IMG/VR virus record: IMGVR_UViG_2654588144_000016
Span: 1 to 64,000 of that record
Length of the DNA stretch: 64,000 nt
DNA from: a virus
Lineage: Duplodnaviria; Caudoviricetes
Reading direction: 5' to 3' (one strand)
The position numbers and the translations under genes were made by a program. The notes beneath the pieces are model-generated. The model did no database searches, was not told where the DNA came from, and worked only from the letters and a program-made list of their open reading frames with translations. The first letter of the stretch is position 1; every line of letters begins with the position of its first letter. This document shows positions 50,954 through 62,254 of the stretch, one piece after another.

Positions 50954-51364
50954 TCAGCACTTCTTCCCCGGTTCTGGCCGGTATGGTTCCGGCAGTGGCA
51001 TCCATGCAACAACACTTTTCATTTCTTCTCTCCATGCCTTATTTTCGCTATTATCACCGTCAGCAACTATGAACCATTTTTCGCATTCATAATAGCAGTA
51101 TTCAATATCGTATCCTCCAAATTGTTTTGCAAATGTTACAAGGAAAAATTTTGGTTCATCCGGCAACTGTTCCGATACTGGAATCCATCTTCGACTCTTC
51201 TTTTCTTCCAAAACAGTTATTGCCTCTTCGATAGCATAGTCTTCGGGTTCTGGATATACATATCTATGCCCAGACGCAAAAGCCGGAGCACCAATCATAT
51301 CTGCATAATCCTGTAATGGATTTTGCATACCTTTTAGTAATTCTATTGCTTCTTGCTCTTTCAT
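50954..51364 (-). CDS. DUF551-domain protein
   Basis: WIPVSEQLP...VVAWMPLPEPY. Confidence 0.75.
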   Translation of the reverse strand: MKEQEAIELLKGMQNPLQDYADMIGAPAFASGHRYVYPEPEDYAIEEAITVLEEKKSRRWIPVSEQLPDEPKFFLVTFAKQFGGYDIEYCYYECEKWFIVADGDNSENKAWREEMKSVVAWMPLPEPYRPEPGKKC

Positions 51365-51889
51365 ATAGTTTCTCCTTTTCCATAGTTAAATTCTAATTTC
51401 AGTTGTCAATACTACCACTCCGGAAATGATACTCCGGCAAATAATTCTTCTCTAAAGTGGAACGGACACATTTTATATACTTCATTCAATAAACTATTTC
51501 GTAATGTTAGGTCTTTCATATCCGCATATCGTAGAATATTACTTCTTATCTCCTTCAAAAAATCCTCTGTCCATCTGGCTCCGTTTTGTTCTTTTTCTCT
51601 CTGTTCTCGTTCTGTCTGTGCAGAAAACGTTTCCCAGGGGAACAATACATGTGATATATATATTTCTTCTTTCTTCACGTTTTCCCTTTCTCCGGTATTC
51701 CCTAAAATTTCGATATAGTGGATGTGCGCCAGACCGGAACCCCTGGCCGTATGGTCCTCCATTATCTCTCCATAGGCACATCCGCTGCTGGTCTTACTGG
51801 TTGTGCATACACCAGAGCCATGCCAGCTATCTTTACGCAGTCACGGTCCTGCGAATCAGGTACCGGTATGCGCTGCTGCGTTATAAGCA

Positions 51890-52787
51890 TTATACGGGCA
51901 TCTGGTATGGACAAGGACTCCCCAGGTAACACCGGTCCATAAGCTCCTCCGCTTCACCGTTCTCCAGCGCTTTAATAGCCATCTCGTAAGCCTGTATCTG
52001 CCTCTCTGCCTCTGCTATAAAATCTATCTTGTCAGGTATCGTGTTTCCGACAATACCTGTACGCACCATTTGCTCCCATCCCTTATCTGTGGTTTGGTAG
52101 CGGTATGTATTAATGTGTTCTTGTAATATCGCAATTGCTCTTTGTCTATCTATCATCCATCTACCTCCATGCGCCACTCAACATCCCATTTGATTCTCTG
52201 CCCACAGTGTCCGCAATATGGATAGCCTGAATTAACCCCTTCACCGCAAGATGGACACAATCCGATATTCTCTTTGTCTTTAATAAAACATCTTTCATCC
52301 TCTGGTTTTTTTGCTATCTGTTTCTGTAGAGCTGATATGACAGCCTCAACATTTTTCAATGGTATATGTCTAAATGACTTAACCTCTTGGCATCCCATCA
52401 ATTTTGCATTTTTAACTACCATTGATAGGTCTTTCGCGATTCCTTCTTCAATCATCTCTCTTCCTCCTGATGCATTTCGTCATATTGGTACTGTAAACGG
52501 CATTCTTTACAGGTTCCGTAAGGTTCTCCATCTCCACCCATGGTTCTTAATCCGGCACATAAGCCTTCTTCCATCCCTGGATATTCAAATTTGGTCATAT
52601 AGCAATGAGCAATCGCATCTTCAATCCTTTTTTCATCTTCCTTTATCTTTTTGTATTCCCAATCCAAAAGCATGAGCAAATCCGCTCTTGTTGTCGCATT
52701 ATGAGTTTCCAGACTTAACTCCCGCTCTATCAAACCCATCTTTTTTTCGTACGGCAACCATTCAAATCTTTCTTTGTCATACTTCAT
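51890..52787 (-). CDS. Small hypothetical phage genes (51890-52177, 52153-52455 zinc ribbon, 52452-52787)
   Basis: Coupled ORFs; CPSCG..YCGHCGQ in the middle gene. Confidence 0.6.
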
Positions 52788-53137
52788 CCCTCTGCCTCCT
52801 TATATGGCTCCGGCAATGGCATCCAGGCCAGCACGTCCAGTTTCTCCCACCCATCAGTAAATGATGCTCCGTTCCAAAGTGCCATAATCACACAGTCTGT
52901 ATTTTTGACAGACACTAAATATAACTCCAACGGTTTGTTATCATATAGCGGATTTTCTTTTGGTTTCTTTGGGAGCCGTTCAGAAGCGGGAATCCACGCA
53001 TCGCCCAGGCCCGCAATAGCTTCCATTGCACGCCAAACTCCATTAGCCGCTTCTTGGTTATGTTCTTCTCTTTTTATGCGCTCATACAGTCTTGCTAATG
53101 TGTCGATCGCTTTTTCTTTTTCCAGATATTTTCTCAT
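52784..53137 (-). CDS. DUF551-domain protein
   Basis: WIPASERLP...VLAWMPLPEPY. Confidence 0.75.
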   Translation of the reverse strand: MRKYLEKEKAIDTLARLYERIKREEHNQEAANGVWRAMEAIAGLGDAWIPASERLPKKPKENPLYDNKPLELYLVSVKNTDCVIMALWNGASFTDGWEKLDVLAWMPLPEPYKEAEG

Positions 53138-53379
53138 CTTCTCTTCTCCTTCCCGGCATGCGTCCGAAGTGAATGTTCAGCTCCGTCCGCCGCTTTGTCT
53201 TGATTTTGGTTACTAATCTGGCATTCCAAACTGCTTATATGTCGCCGTGAATGTAAATTTTTTTCCACATTTACAGCAGGTTTCTGTTACTTTACAGGTT
53301 TTACTTTCATCGTCGCAGTCTATTTCGGTTTTACCTGGCTGGAATCTATGACCACCAGTTAAAAAACAGCATATTCTTT

Positions 53380-53592
53380 TCATTCCTCTGTCTCCTTCGC
53401 TAAATGCATGCCAAATGAGTCAATTGCCTTCATGGCCTCTCCCAAATCATCAAACACCCTTCCATCGTACGAGATATCATCAATCCGGTACCCCAGTTCA
53501 TCTCCATCGGATGGGGTTGCTACCCTCAAGGTGCAGATATCCATACCTTTGTATTCCGTTACCTTTGCGTATCTATCATTCAAATGTTTCAT
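53380..53592 (-). CDS. Hypothetical protein
   Basis: 70 aa with AGGAG RBS. Confidence 0.55.
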   Translation of the reverse strand: MKHLNDRYAKVTEYKGMDICTLRVATPSDGDELGYRIDDISYDGRVFDDLGEAMKAIDSFGMHLAKETEE

Positions 53593-53612
53593 TGCATTTA
53601 CTCCTCTAAATA

Positions 53613-54014
53613 TCAGTTTTGCGGATAAAGCAAATCCGGATTGTCAAAAATGTTGCCAACAACATCAGCATTTGCAAACATTTCAAGCGTATACTGTTGA
53701 TAGCTATCGTCTATATCATCCACAGCAAATCCTATATAATCTTCCGTATACCACATTACTTTTCCGACTGCCTTAATTGCATCATGGTAGATAATATCAT
53801 TCTCCCAAATTTCTCTACCGTTCTTATCGGTTATTCCGGCATACTGACAGACGGTTTTAGGGTCTATTTCAATCCATTCCGCATAACGTTCGTCATATCC
53901 ATGGTCATCATCATATACCGGCAAGATATAGTGATGTCCTCTGCATTTTACATAATAGCCTTTCTCCCACTCGGCATTGTCCAATCTCTTTGCCTTACAT
54001 AAATATCTGTCCAT
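53613..54014 (-). CDS. YopX-family protein
   Basis: CQYAGITDKNGREIWENDI...VVGNIFDNPDLL. Confidence 0.85.
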   Translation of the reverse strand: MDRYLCKAKRLDNAEWEKGYYVKCRGHHYILPVYDDDHGYDERYAEWIEIDPKTVCQYAGITDKNGREIWENDIIYHDAIKAVGKVMWYTEDYIGFAVDDIDDSYQQYTLEMFANADVVGNIFDNPDLLYPQN

Positions 54015-54042
54015 TTTGTTCCTCCGTTAAATATTAATTTTG

Positions 54043-55674
54043 TTATGCAAACTTTAGCTGTATTTCACTATCATCAATTCTCATATTTGGCATCCGCTCA
54101 CCCACTTTGAGATACGGACAATTTGCCTGCACCAGCACCTGTGCCATAATTGGCACCACACTATTTCCGATGCGTGCAACCTGTTCGCTTATAGGATATG
54201 GTTTCCGGTCAATATCCCGGTCAAGAATATAATCTGTAGGAAATCCCTGCCCCAGCATTAACTCCTTTGGCTTTAACATCCGCAGGAAGATATCCATGAT
54301 GGCATATTCGTTCCCCAGCACTGTAACCAACGCAAATCTATCTTTCGTCACAATCGTGTGAAGAGGGCCATTTATGCTCTGACCAATACCACAGCCGTAA
54401 TACTCCATGATAAATTGCGACACCCAGGTGCATTTCTGAATTATCTCGTCTGCTTCGTTCCCAACGTTGGAAAGCAGTTCTTCTTTCGGTATCGCCAGCA
54501 CACTGACCTGTCCGAAGTGTCCCGGAGAGGTGGTAATCGTATGTATCGGCTCTGCCAGAGACTGTCCAGAACCTGACTTATAAAACTTTGTCAAGAATGC
54601 CATAACCAGCCCGTAACGGTTACTTGTATCTATTGTCTGGATTGGCTCCACCAGTGATTGCCCTCTCACTCCGCTCTTGGTAGTTTCGGAATGATACTGG
54701 ATAAGAATAGGACTGATTAAGCAATGCTCATTCTTTGTAACTACTGTACTCATGGGTTCTTCCATGCTACGGTTTCTATCGGCACAAAATCCTGTTTGCC
54801 CTATCTGCATGATATATGGTGTTACCACTCCAAATCCATGTTTCCCTGTAATCGTTGGCATTGGCTCGTGAATATTCTGACCACGGAAATTGTCTCCACC
54901 ATGATTAACCTGTACAATAAATGGTTCCGGGCAATTAAACACAAACTTCTCCATTCCCCGTGCAATCCGATTCATGGTCTTTTCCGCCAGTGGCTTCTTT
55001 CTGTCGAAAATAGATTTCCCCATATCCGACAAGTCCAAATACTTCCAGATAGGCTCCCACTTCTTCAATCCGTCTGTGCCCTTCTTACTATGTGTCGGCT
55101 CCGGCCAGATAATCGGCTTACCGTCTCGCCGGAAGATTGCATACCAGCGCTTCCTCGTAGTAGGTGCTCCATAATCTGCCGCCACCAACTCTCGGCTGTC
55201 AAAGTCATATCCGAGAGACTTCATCGCGGTAATGAATTTTTTGTAATCCTCTCCTTTTCGCTCTGGTATCGGATGGCCTGTCTTGTCCAACGGCCCCCAT
55301 TGCTGTATTTCCTCCACATTCTCCATGATAATTACATCTGGAAGAATTGCTTTGGTGTGCTTGTACACCGCCCACGGGAGGATTCTCAGTCCTTTTTTTC
55401 TTGGCTGTCCTCCTTTCGCTTTGCTGTGACTGGTGCAGTCTGGACTCGCCCACATAAGCGCCACATGCCGTCCTCTTACATACTTTTGCAGGTCAACCTT
55501 GAATATATCCTCTGACAAATGCAGCGTATCCGGGTGATTAACCTTGTGCATCCGAATCGCCTGCGGGTCATGGTTGATTGCAATATCAACCGGTCGCCCC
55601 AGTGCCATCTCTATTCCTACGCTTGCCCCTCCGCCACCAGCGAAACAGTCAATAATCAAATCTCTCATTTTCAA
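54043..55674 (-). CDS. C5 DNA cytosine methyltransferase
   Basis: FAGGGG, SPDC, ENV, RKR, IGNSV motifs; five internal EPxxT(I/V)-type repeats. Confidence 0.9.
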   Translation of the reverse strand: MKMRDLIIDCFAGGGGASVGIEMALGRPVDIAINHDPQAIRMHKVNHPDTLHLSEDIFKVDLQKYVRGRHVALMWASPDCTSHSKAKGGQPRKKGLRILPWAVYKHTKAILPDVIIMENVEEIQQWGPLDKTGHPIPERKGEDYKKFITAMKSLGYDFDSRELVAADYGAPTTRKRWYAIFRRDGKPIIWPEPTHSKKGTDGLKKWEPIWKYLDLSDMGKSIFDRKKPLAEKTMNRIARGMEKFVFNCPEPFIVQVNHGGDNFRGQNIHEPMPTITGKHGFGVVTPYIMQIGQTGFCADRNRSMEEPMSTVVTKNEHCLISPILIQYHSETTKSGVRGQSLVEPIQTIDTSNRYGLVMAFLTKFYKSGSGQSLAEPIHTITTSPGHFGQVSVLAIPKEELLSNVGNEADEIIQKCTWVSQFIMEYYGCGIGQSINGPLHTIVTKDRFALVTVLGNEYAIMDIFLRMLKPKELMLGQGFPTDYILDRDIDRKPYPISEQVARIGNSVVPIMAQVLVQANCPYLKVGERMPNMRIDDSEIQLKFA

Positions 55675-55739
55675 AAGGACCCGCTATAGCTTTTCTCCGG
55701 CCGGAGGTCGACTCCTTTCATATTTTTCAAAATGTGTGT

Positions 55740-57782
55740 TTAATCAAACGGTATTTCCCCATGTACTGCAATGAAGCCATTATCGGTCTTATTCCACCCG
55801 TATATTTTGTTTTCGGAAGAATAGTTTTTCAGGCGTTTGGTTTCTGGCTCATAATAAAGTGGGATAAAGTAATCCATCACACCGCCATCACGGTCTTTAG
55901 CAATCTCTATAACGTTTGTAGCCTGGTAAATCTGGTTATCATCTTTCCATCCAAACATCTGTTTACTAAGGCGTTTAAAATCCTGATTTACTCTGTGAAC
56001 AATAAAAGCGTTATCTACAGCGTTGCCCAAATCTGCTGTTCCTGAAATATCATCCAACCGGAGGAATCCCATGGCTTTTCTCGGATGTGCCACAAACATG
56101 ATATGCACATTGTATGGCTTGGCTATCTCACCCTGTAAAGCAAGGATAAACTTGGTCTGTGCCTCAAATTTATTTTCTGACATACCGGAAATATCAAAGG
56201 TCATTAGGTTGTCCAGAATCAGCATATCCAGTTTATCTTTTTCGATTTTTCTCTTAAACTGGTCAACTACTGCCTGAAAGTCAAATCCGTATTCATTGTT
56301 ATACAACCAGAAGTGTTCTCCTAACCATTGTGCTATCTGCTCCTGGTATTTCCGTTGTACGTTGTAATACCCTTCAAACTGAGTTGGTTCTGTGTATCCC
56401 TTTCCAGCCGCCTGTAAATTCATCCAACGCATAAAGTTCTTTGGTGCCAGTTCCCCGGAAAAAACTCCAATATTATTTCCAGACTCAACACCATCCAGAA
56501 CCATTTCAGAAATCACAGAACTCTTTCCAGCTGCTCTCAACCCAGACATAACGGAAACATATCCTTTTTTCATTCCCCGCAATTTCTTATCAATATCAGC
56601 AATTCCAGTTTTGATAAAACGTTCTTCCGGCACTGGAAGATTTAAAATATCCATAGCTGTGTAGAATACTGGCTTGCCGTCTACGGCTTCTATTTGCTTT
56701 TTAACAGGCTTTTCTTGCTGTCGTGAGTAAATCCTAGCCTCATACTCTTTCTGTCGCTTCTCGTATGCTTCAGGCTCATACAACAGCCTTACATCTTTCC
56801 ATGTCTTGTCCGAGCAAGAATTGTGGAAACAGTGAAATCCGATTGCCCCAGACCTTGCCTGGAAGATACAGGCATCTTTTCCTTTATGGTTGCTATCAAA
56901 TGGACATTGTTCCAAAATATACTTTATACCATCCGAGTAATTGGTTTTCTGATAACGAAGCCCATATTTTATCAACCACTCCTCCAGGTCAAATTCATTT
57001 GGGCGATACCCATTGTATTTCTGTGGCTTTTCTGGAACCGGCAACATAGCAGCCAGCTTCTCCAAATAAGCCTTATCTGTAGGTTCCTTGCTTCCCTCTG
57101 ACAACAAACGGCTCATTCTGTGTGGATTCTCGGCAGTATTGCTACCTTTCCTTGCCACTGTTCCATATAGTTTGCAAATTCTCGCAGGATTAAAATTCGT
57201 TTTATCAATGTCTACACAATCATTACTAAACAACATGTCCAACACAAGGAGACAGTTCTTAATCAATGCTTTGTTTTCATCACTGTTCCGCAGTCTAATC
57301 TTGTAAAGCAGATGGATTCCATTTCCACTCATAGCCGTTATAGGTTCGTTGAATCCAAGATTTTTCATAAAGACATAAACCTTGTTTCCCACTATTTTAG
57401 CCTGATTCAGTTGCTCGTCGGTGCTTGATACACCAGATGGACGCTTCGGGTCTGCATCAATAAACAGCCATTCATATCCAACAATATCCGTATCACTTGT
57501 AGTAGGAATCTTCCCCTGAACAATCTGAATAAATTTATCGCGTTGCGCCCTGGAATAACACTCTGGCTTAATGCTGTTCAGCGTTATGTACACGTTACTG
57601 TCAGAAGAATTCAACCTGCTCAGTTGGTCCAGCATGACTTCTACATCTCTAAAATACCCGCTACTTACTCTTTTCCCGTTTGCTTCCAAGAAACGGACTT
57701 CAAACAGTTCTTCATAATCTTTTAAAGCCTGTATTGTTTTTCGGATTTCATCTGGTTCAAATATCTTTTTTCCTACTGCCAC
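55740..57782 (-). CDS. Primase-helicase fusion (AEP-like N-terminus, Zn motif, DnaB-like helicase)
   Basis: DAD and SGNGIH primase motifs; CPF..H..C.H..C; GLRAAGKS Walker A; ILDNL; VAHPRK. Confidence 0.8.
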   Translation of the reverse strand: MAVGKKIFEPDEIRKTIQALKDYEELFEVRFLEANGKRVSSGYFRDVEVMLDQLSRLNSSDSNVYITLNSIKPECYSRAQRDKFIQIVQGKIPTTSDTDIVGYEWLFIDADPKRPSGVSSTDEQLNQAKIVGNKVYVFMKNLGFNEPITAMSGNGIHLLYKIRLRNSDENKALIKNCLLVLDMLFSNDCVDIDKTNFNPARICKLYGTVARKGSNTAENPHRMSRLLSEGSKEPTDKAYLEKLAAMLPVPEKPQKYNGYRPNEFDLEEWLIKYGLRYQKTNYSDGIKYILEQCPFDSNHKGKDACIFQARSGAIGFHCFHNSCSDKTWKDVRLLYEPEAYEKRQKEYEARIYSRQQEKPVKKQIEAVDGKPVFYTAMDILNLPVPEERFIKTGIADIDKKLRGMKKGYVSVMSGLRAAGKSSVISEMVLDGVESGNNIGVFSGELAPKNFMRWMNLQAAGKGYTEPTQFEGYYNVQRKYQEQIAQWLGEHFWLYNNEYGFDFQAVVDQFKRKIEKDKLDMLILDNLMTFDISGMSENKFEAQTKFILALQGEIAKPYNVHIMFVAHPRKAMGFLRLDDISGTADLGNAVDNAFIVHRVNQDFKRLSKQMFGWKDDNQIYQATNVIEIAKDRDGGVMDYFIPLYYEPETKRLKNYSSENKIYGWNKTDNGFIAVHGEIPFD

Positions 57783-58030
57783 CTCTTTACCTCGCCTTTT
57801 TCGTAGGCTTGCTGCTCAACTTTTTTCGCCAGTTCCCGTATCTCGGCAATCGTGGGCGGAAACTTGTTTTCCTGAATCCATTGAATAACTGCTTTTTTCA
57901 TCCATTCAAACTCCAAATCTCGCAGACACTCATACCACACATCAGCTTCGGCGACGGATTTTAAAAGTTCAGTCCTGGAATATGCCCCGCGTAACATGGA
58001 AACAATCTCCACAAACTCTTTTTTACTCAT
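57773..58030 (-). CDS. Helicase loader/inhibitor (G39P-like)
   Basis: LRGAY...W...L...KFPPTIAEI. Confidence 0.75.
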   Translation of the reverse strand: MSKKEFVEIVSMLRGAYSRTELLKSVAEADVWYECLRDLEFEWMKKAVIQWIQENKFPPTIAEIRELAKKVEQQAYEKGEVKRWQ

Positions 58031-58892
58031 TCAGCCATCCCTCCCATGAATTACTGCTGGATTTTTTATCATCATACTGACCTTCCAGAACTTTCGGGAA
58101 ATTATTTGGCCTAGCAAACCATTCAAAGTAAATCATCCAACCGCGATTGCCTCCACCTTTCAAAAATGTGCTGTCGTTTATTTTTTGTATCGCTTTGAGA
58201 ACATCATCAATGCCATACTCTTTTATTCTGGCAGAAATCATTTTGTATCGAGTGGAAGTCGATGCCATTCTGCTGACGGGATTTATTCCCAACTGGTTCC
58301 ATGCCTCCACGACTCGTTGGACATCAGTCCGACATATAGTGTCGTCAGACACTATAATATCTTTACCTATACCTATCCTATCCTTACCTAACCTAACCTG
58401 CGTCTCCCAGGTAGGCGAAGTGGTGTCAATTGTGTCGCAAGTGGTACGCTTTTGGTTTCCACTTGGTATACCAATGGTTTCCATATGGTTTTCACTTGGT
58501 ATACCAATGGTTTCCATATGTTTTCCCACTGGTGTACCTTCATCGTTTTTAAATAACTGATACGCGCCATTTTCTTTAACGGAAAGCATATTTTTTTCCT
58601 CAATATATTGTGTCGGTTTGTATCTGTCACTCCGAATGTAATTATGAATAAGCCAATGTTTTATTACACACACACCTTCATCGAACTGGATAATAAAACG
58701 CTTCATAAGCAGCATGTCATAATCATTTTGGTTTGCTCCAACATTTCGCATTATTTTCTTTGCGTTATTCAAAAATCCATCATCATCCGCTCTTAACAAA
58801 AGATGGAAATACAATGCTTGTGATGATAATGGCATTTCGGTAAATGCATCACTATCAATGATTTTTTTCGACATCATGCGTCTTTCTGCCAT
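58023..58892 (-). CDS. Replisome organiser / replication initiator
   Basis: MAERRMMSKKIIDSDAF...ADDDGF N-terminus; PNNFPKVLEGQY C-terminus. Confidence 0.85.
   Translation of the reverse strand: MAERRMMSKKIIDSDAFTEMPLSSQALYFHLLLRADDDGFLNNAKKIMRNVGANQNDYDMLLMKRFIIQFDEGVCVIKHWLIHNYIRSDRYKPTQYIEEKNMLSVKENGAYQLFKNDEGTPVGKHMETIGIPSENHMETIGIPSGNQKRTTCDTIDTTSPTWETQVRLGKDRIGIGKDIIVSDDTICRTDVQRVVEAWNQLGINPVSRMASTSTRYKMISARIKEYGIDDVLKAIQKINDSTFLKGGGNRGWMIYFEWFARPNNFPKVLEGQYDDKKSSSNSWEGWLNE
58452..58538. repeat. 33-bp tandem iterons inside initiator (likely ori)
   Basis: CACTTGGTATACCAATGGTTTCCATATG repeated, containing palindrome TTGGTATACCAA. Confidence 0.75.
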
Positions 58893-59472
58893 TACCTACC
58901 TCCAATAATTTCAATATCATTGCACCAGTCTCTTCCGGTTTGCAGAACAGGAATTTTACACCATATTTCCGCCCCATCGTCTCCATGGCTTTTGCCAGCG
59001 TCTCTCCTTTAGTCGCATTTGGACTTAGCAATACCTTCCTACGTTCTCCAGAAGGCGTTGTAACCCACTTTTGCATATGCCTACGAGGATTTTCCCATGT
59101 GTATAGGTCAGACAGGCTGGAAACACCGTCCTCGTTCTCTACAAGGACATACAGCGTAACTCCAATGTTTCTTGCAAGGGCGCATTCGTCTCGGAACCTG
59201 GCGTGCTGTTTTCCGCAAATATTTCCGATTGCCTCCTGTAAATCACGCTTCGTGTCTACCGAAACAGTGTAGCTACCGGATAAATCCATTTTCTTTATCG
59301 GGATTCCTCTTGCTTCTTTCCGTTTCAAAACGTCGGCAACCCTATCATCTACCAAAACATAATCCCCCACCGGAAGCGGAACAATCTGTAATTCCGCTCC
59401 CAATGCTTTTAGACAATCATGTTTTAAATCATGCTTATGTGCCTGCTGCCCTTTATCAATAAGAATTTTCAA
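58855..59472 (-). CDS. ERCC4-domain nuclease (putative resolvase)
   Basis: LPVGDY, VDTKRDLQE, LYVLVE motifs. Confidence 0.75.
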   Translation of the reverse strand: MKILIDKGQQAHKHDLKHDCLKALGAELQIVPLPVGDYVLVDDRVADVLKRKEARGIPIKKMDLSGSYTVSVDTKRDLQEAIGNICGKQHARFRDECALARNIGVTLYVLVENEDGVSSLSDLYTWENPRRHMQKWVTTPSGERRKVLLSPNATKGETLAKAMETMGRKYGVKFLFCKPEETGAMILKLLEVGNGRKTHDVEKNH

Positions 59473-59485
59473 TCATACCACCGCC

Positions 59486-59935
59486 TTAATTGAAGGGAAG
59501 ACCATCGTCCTCTACCCCATCTGGAATATTCATAAATCCATCTCCAAGCGGACTGTTTGAAGCAGGTCTATCCTGTGGCTGATTTCCACCACTGGAAGCT
59601 CCTTTACTATCCGCAAACTCCTGGTCATCCAAAATGACCTCGGTGGTGTATACTTTCTGACCTTCTTTATTTACATAGCTACCTGTCTGGATTCTGCCTG
59701 ACACGAGTACCCGCATTCCCTGACGGAAATACTTCTCGGTAAACTCGGCAGCGCGGTCAAATGCAACACAGTTGATAAAATCGGCTGTCTGCTGTTCTGC
59801 GGAACTGTCCTGGTTCCTGCGGCCCCTTCTGTCCACTGCAAGGGTGTACCTGGCTATAGCCATGGAACGCTCTCCCTGTGAATATCTGACTTCCGGGTCT
59901 CTTGTTAATCTTCCCATTACAATGACTCTGTTCAT
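59486..59935 (-). CDS. ssb: Single-stranded DNA-binding protein
   Basis: MNRVIVMGRLTRDPE...DDGLPFN. Confidence 0.95.
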   Translation of the reverse strand: MNRVIVMGRLTRDPEVRYSQGERSMAIARYTLAVDRRGRRNQDSSAEQQTADFINCVAFDRAAEFTEKYFRQGMRVLVSGRIQTGSYVNKEGQKVYTTEVILDDQEFADSKGASSGGNQPQDRPASNSPLGDGFMNIPDGVEDDGLPFN

Positions 59936-59988
59936 GTTTGTCTCCCTTTCTCCGGCTGCCCCGAAAGACAGCCGGTAACATCAAAAAC

Positions 59989-60711
59989 TTAGGAAATTAC
60001 GGTGAACTGCGGCAGTTCTGCCAGTTCATACTGCAAATACTCCTTAATTGACTTCATGGCCGCATTCTTCCACGCACCACCATCGGCCTCAAAGATAGCA
60101 CATTCAACACCATGTCCTTCTGCCTGTCTCATGCGGAATACAAATGCACTTTCCGGTTGTTCTACCTCAATGAATGTCCGGAATGGCCGTAATTTAACCG
60201 GATTAGGCACAACGGCATCTCCTACACTTGTAATTCCTGTTTTAATGGTAGCTTTCTGGGTCACTCCATCATCTCCGTACTGGGCGATAGATTCATCCTT
60301 GACAGTCCCAGCGAACTGAAGCAACAAAGCGCGGTCATCGTTGTCAATGAATTTCGACTGCAGAGCTATGATTAAACGCTCGTTTCCCATGTAGCGCCCA
60401 TACTCAAAATCCGGAATCCTGGCCTCTACATCCACCAATTCCTCGCGTTTCCGGTCTGCATCCAGCATTGAGAGTACTCTTACTTTCATAGGAGAAACCA
60501 CCTGAACCAACATTTTGTCTGCCATAGAATCAACACCAGCTTTCAGATAATCTACCAGGCTGGTAAGAGTATTCATCTGAATGGCAGAAGCACGAAGTTC
60601 CTTGTCCACTCTATGTACGACCTTATCGACATACTTTCCACCATTGATATCCAGAACTTCTGCGGTTTTTAAACCAACAACATACTGTAAAGCGTCTCTT
60701 GTCATATCCAT
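59989..60711 (-). CDS. Conserved phage protein
   Basis: VPNPVKLRPFRTFIEVEQPES...FEADGGAWK. Confidence 0.75.
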   Translation of the reverse strand: MDMTRDALQYVVGLKTAEVLDINGGKYVDKVVHRVDKELRASAIQMNTLTSLVDYLKAGVDSMADKMLVQVVSPMKVRVLSMLDADRKREELVDVEARIPDFEYGRYMGNERLIIALQSKFIDNDDRALLLQFAGTVKDESIAQYGDDGVTQKATIKTGITSVGDAVVPNPVKLRPFRTFIEVEQPESAFVFRMRQAEGHGVECAIFEADGGAWKNAAMKSIKEYLQYELAELPQFTVIS

Positions 60712-60725
60712 TTTTCATATCCTCC

Positions 60726-61178
60726 TTATGCCTGTTTAGCTGTTCTCATATCCAAAACCTTTACCGGAGACTCTTTAATTTCTCCTGTTTCCGGGTCTAC
60801 AGTTTTTCCATCCACTACAAGTTCCGCCGGATTCTGGGCGCTTGGCTTAAATTCCATCTGTCCACGCATGGTATTTCCATACTCCTGCGCATACACTTTT
60901 CCGGTTCTTAAATCTTTTCCGATTGCCATTCTTGTGACCATCGGTTTTACCGGAGCCAGCTTTGTTGTAACGGAAATATCCACCGCCGCGGCATCCCTGT
61001 CCTCATTCTGCTCAAATTTAAGTTTGATTGCGATTTCTCGTTTGTTTTTGTATGGAGTGTTGGGATTCTGCATATTCTCAACAACTTCCTCCATCGCTTT
61101 TGCAAATACTTCCTGCAGCCCACCGCCTACCAGTTCTTCCAGATTTACTTTTGCCATGATATTTTCCTCCATAGTCAA
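60726..61178 (-). CDS. Conserved phage protein (often labelled replication terminator protein)
   Basis: GGGLQE...NMQNPNT...KREI...TKLAP. Confidence 0.65.
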   Translation of the reverse strand: MTMEENIMAKVNLEELVGGGLQEVFAKAMEEVVENMQNPNTPYKNKREIAIKLKFEQNEDRDAAAVDISVTTKLAPVKPMVTRMAIGKDLRTGKVYAQEYGNTMRGQMEFKPSAQNPAELVVDGKTVDPETGEIKESPVKVLDMRTAKQA

Positions 61179-61256
61179 TATGTTTACGGGTTACATTTAT
61201 TTAATAGGCCTATTAAAATCACATCATAGTTTTGAATGGGATTGCGCCCATGTTGT

Positions 61257-62024
61257 TTAATTCAGCGACCATTCCGGATTTTCTTCTGGCTCGATGTCGT
61301 CATTTTCTTCGCTTTCTGTATTTAGGATAATTTCTACAAATCCACGCTTCAGTACGGACAGGAAGATTTCAAAATCACTGACATTTCTCAAGGAATTAAT
61401 GTCAATGGCATAATCCCCTCTCAAAATACTCCATGTATTTTCCTTGCTTTTTTTGTACAATTTAATCTGACAATTCAAGTCCTCGTCCTCTTCACATGTG
61501 AACTTCACAGTACAGTTATCAAAACTTGACTCAAACCATCCTTTATCTTCATGTTCTACTTCCATACTAGCTGTTACATGCTCGTAGTATGGTTCTCCGT
61601 CCTCACAACATGCTTCCAGATTGCTTGTGTCCACATTCTTGGCAACATGCTCACAATACTGCTCAAAAATCTTCGACAGTTCGATTTCTTTGTACTCTGG
61701 CTCTTTCAACAGAGACTGGAAATTATCCAAAATCCGTTTGTTATCTGCCAGATTTGTACTATTTACAATCTCGGTAAGAATGGAATCCAACTTTACCATA
61801 TATTGATTGAAATTGTGTTTTTCAATAACCGGAACCATAACTTCCTTTATTTTGCTTTCGATGACTTCCTTTGCTTCCCCACGATATCCAAACACATTGT
61901 CAAGTGCTTCGGATATTCCCTTTTCCAGTTTTTCCCCGATGATTTTCTCAACTGTCCCATCGTTCAGTTTTTCATCAAGGACGCTCATAATTTTCTGTTC
62001 AAAATCCATGCCTGGTCTCCACAT
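61257..62024 (-). CDS. Hypothetical acidic phage protein
   Basis: 255-aa ORF. Confidence 0.65.
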   Translation of the reverse strand: MWRPGMDFEQKIMSVLDEKLNDGTVEKIIGEKLEKGISEALDNVFGYRGEAKEVIESKIKEVMVPVIEKHNFNQYMVKLDSILTEIVNSTNLADNKRILDNFQSLLKEPEYKEIELSKIFEQYCEHVAKNVDTSNLEACCEDGEPYYEHVTASMEVEHEDKGWFESSFDNCTVKFTCEEDEDLNCQIKLYKKSKENTWSILRGDYAIDINSLRNVSDFEIFLSVLKRGFVEIILNTESEENDDIEPEENPEWSLN

Positions 62025-62254
62025 TTATTCTATTTTACCGTTTTCTTTTTGTTGCTTTAGCACATCATTTAGCGAATATCCCTCTTTGAAGCGGCTATGT
62101 CCATTTCTTTTTAAGCTGTTCTTTTTTTGATAAATGCCTTTTGCAAAACTTCAAAATCCGCTCCATTTTGCACCGCTATAACAATGTCTATTCTCAATTC
62201 ATCCAGTTCTCTCATAGTCTGGCAGACCTTGATTTTTTCTAACAAATCCATACC

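Noticed and set aside
54724-55515. 263-aa plus-strand ORF and similar antisense ORFs across TMP, capsid and helicase
   Set aside because: Antisense shadows of well-supported minus-strand genes
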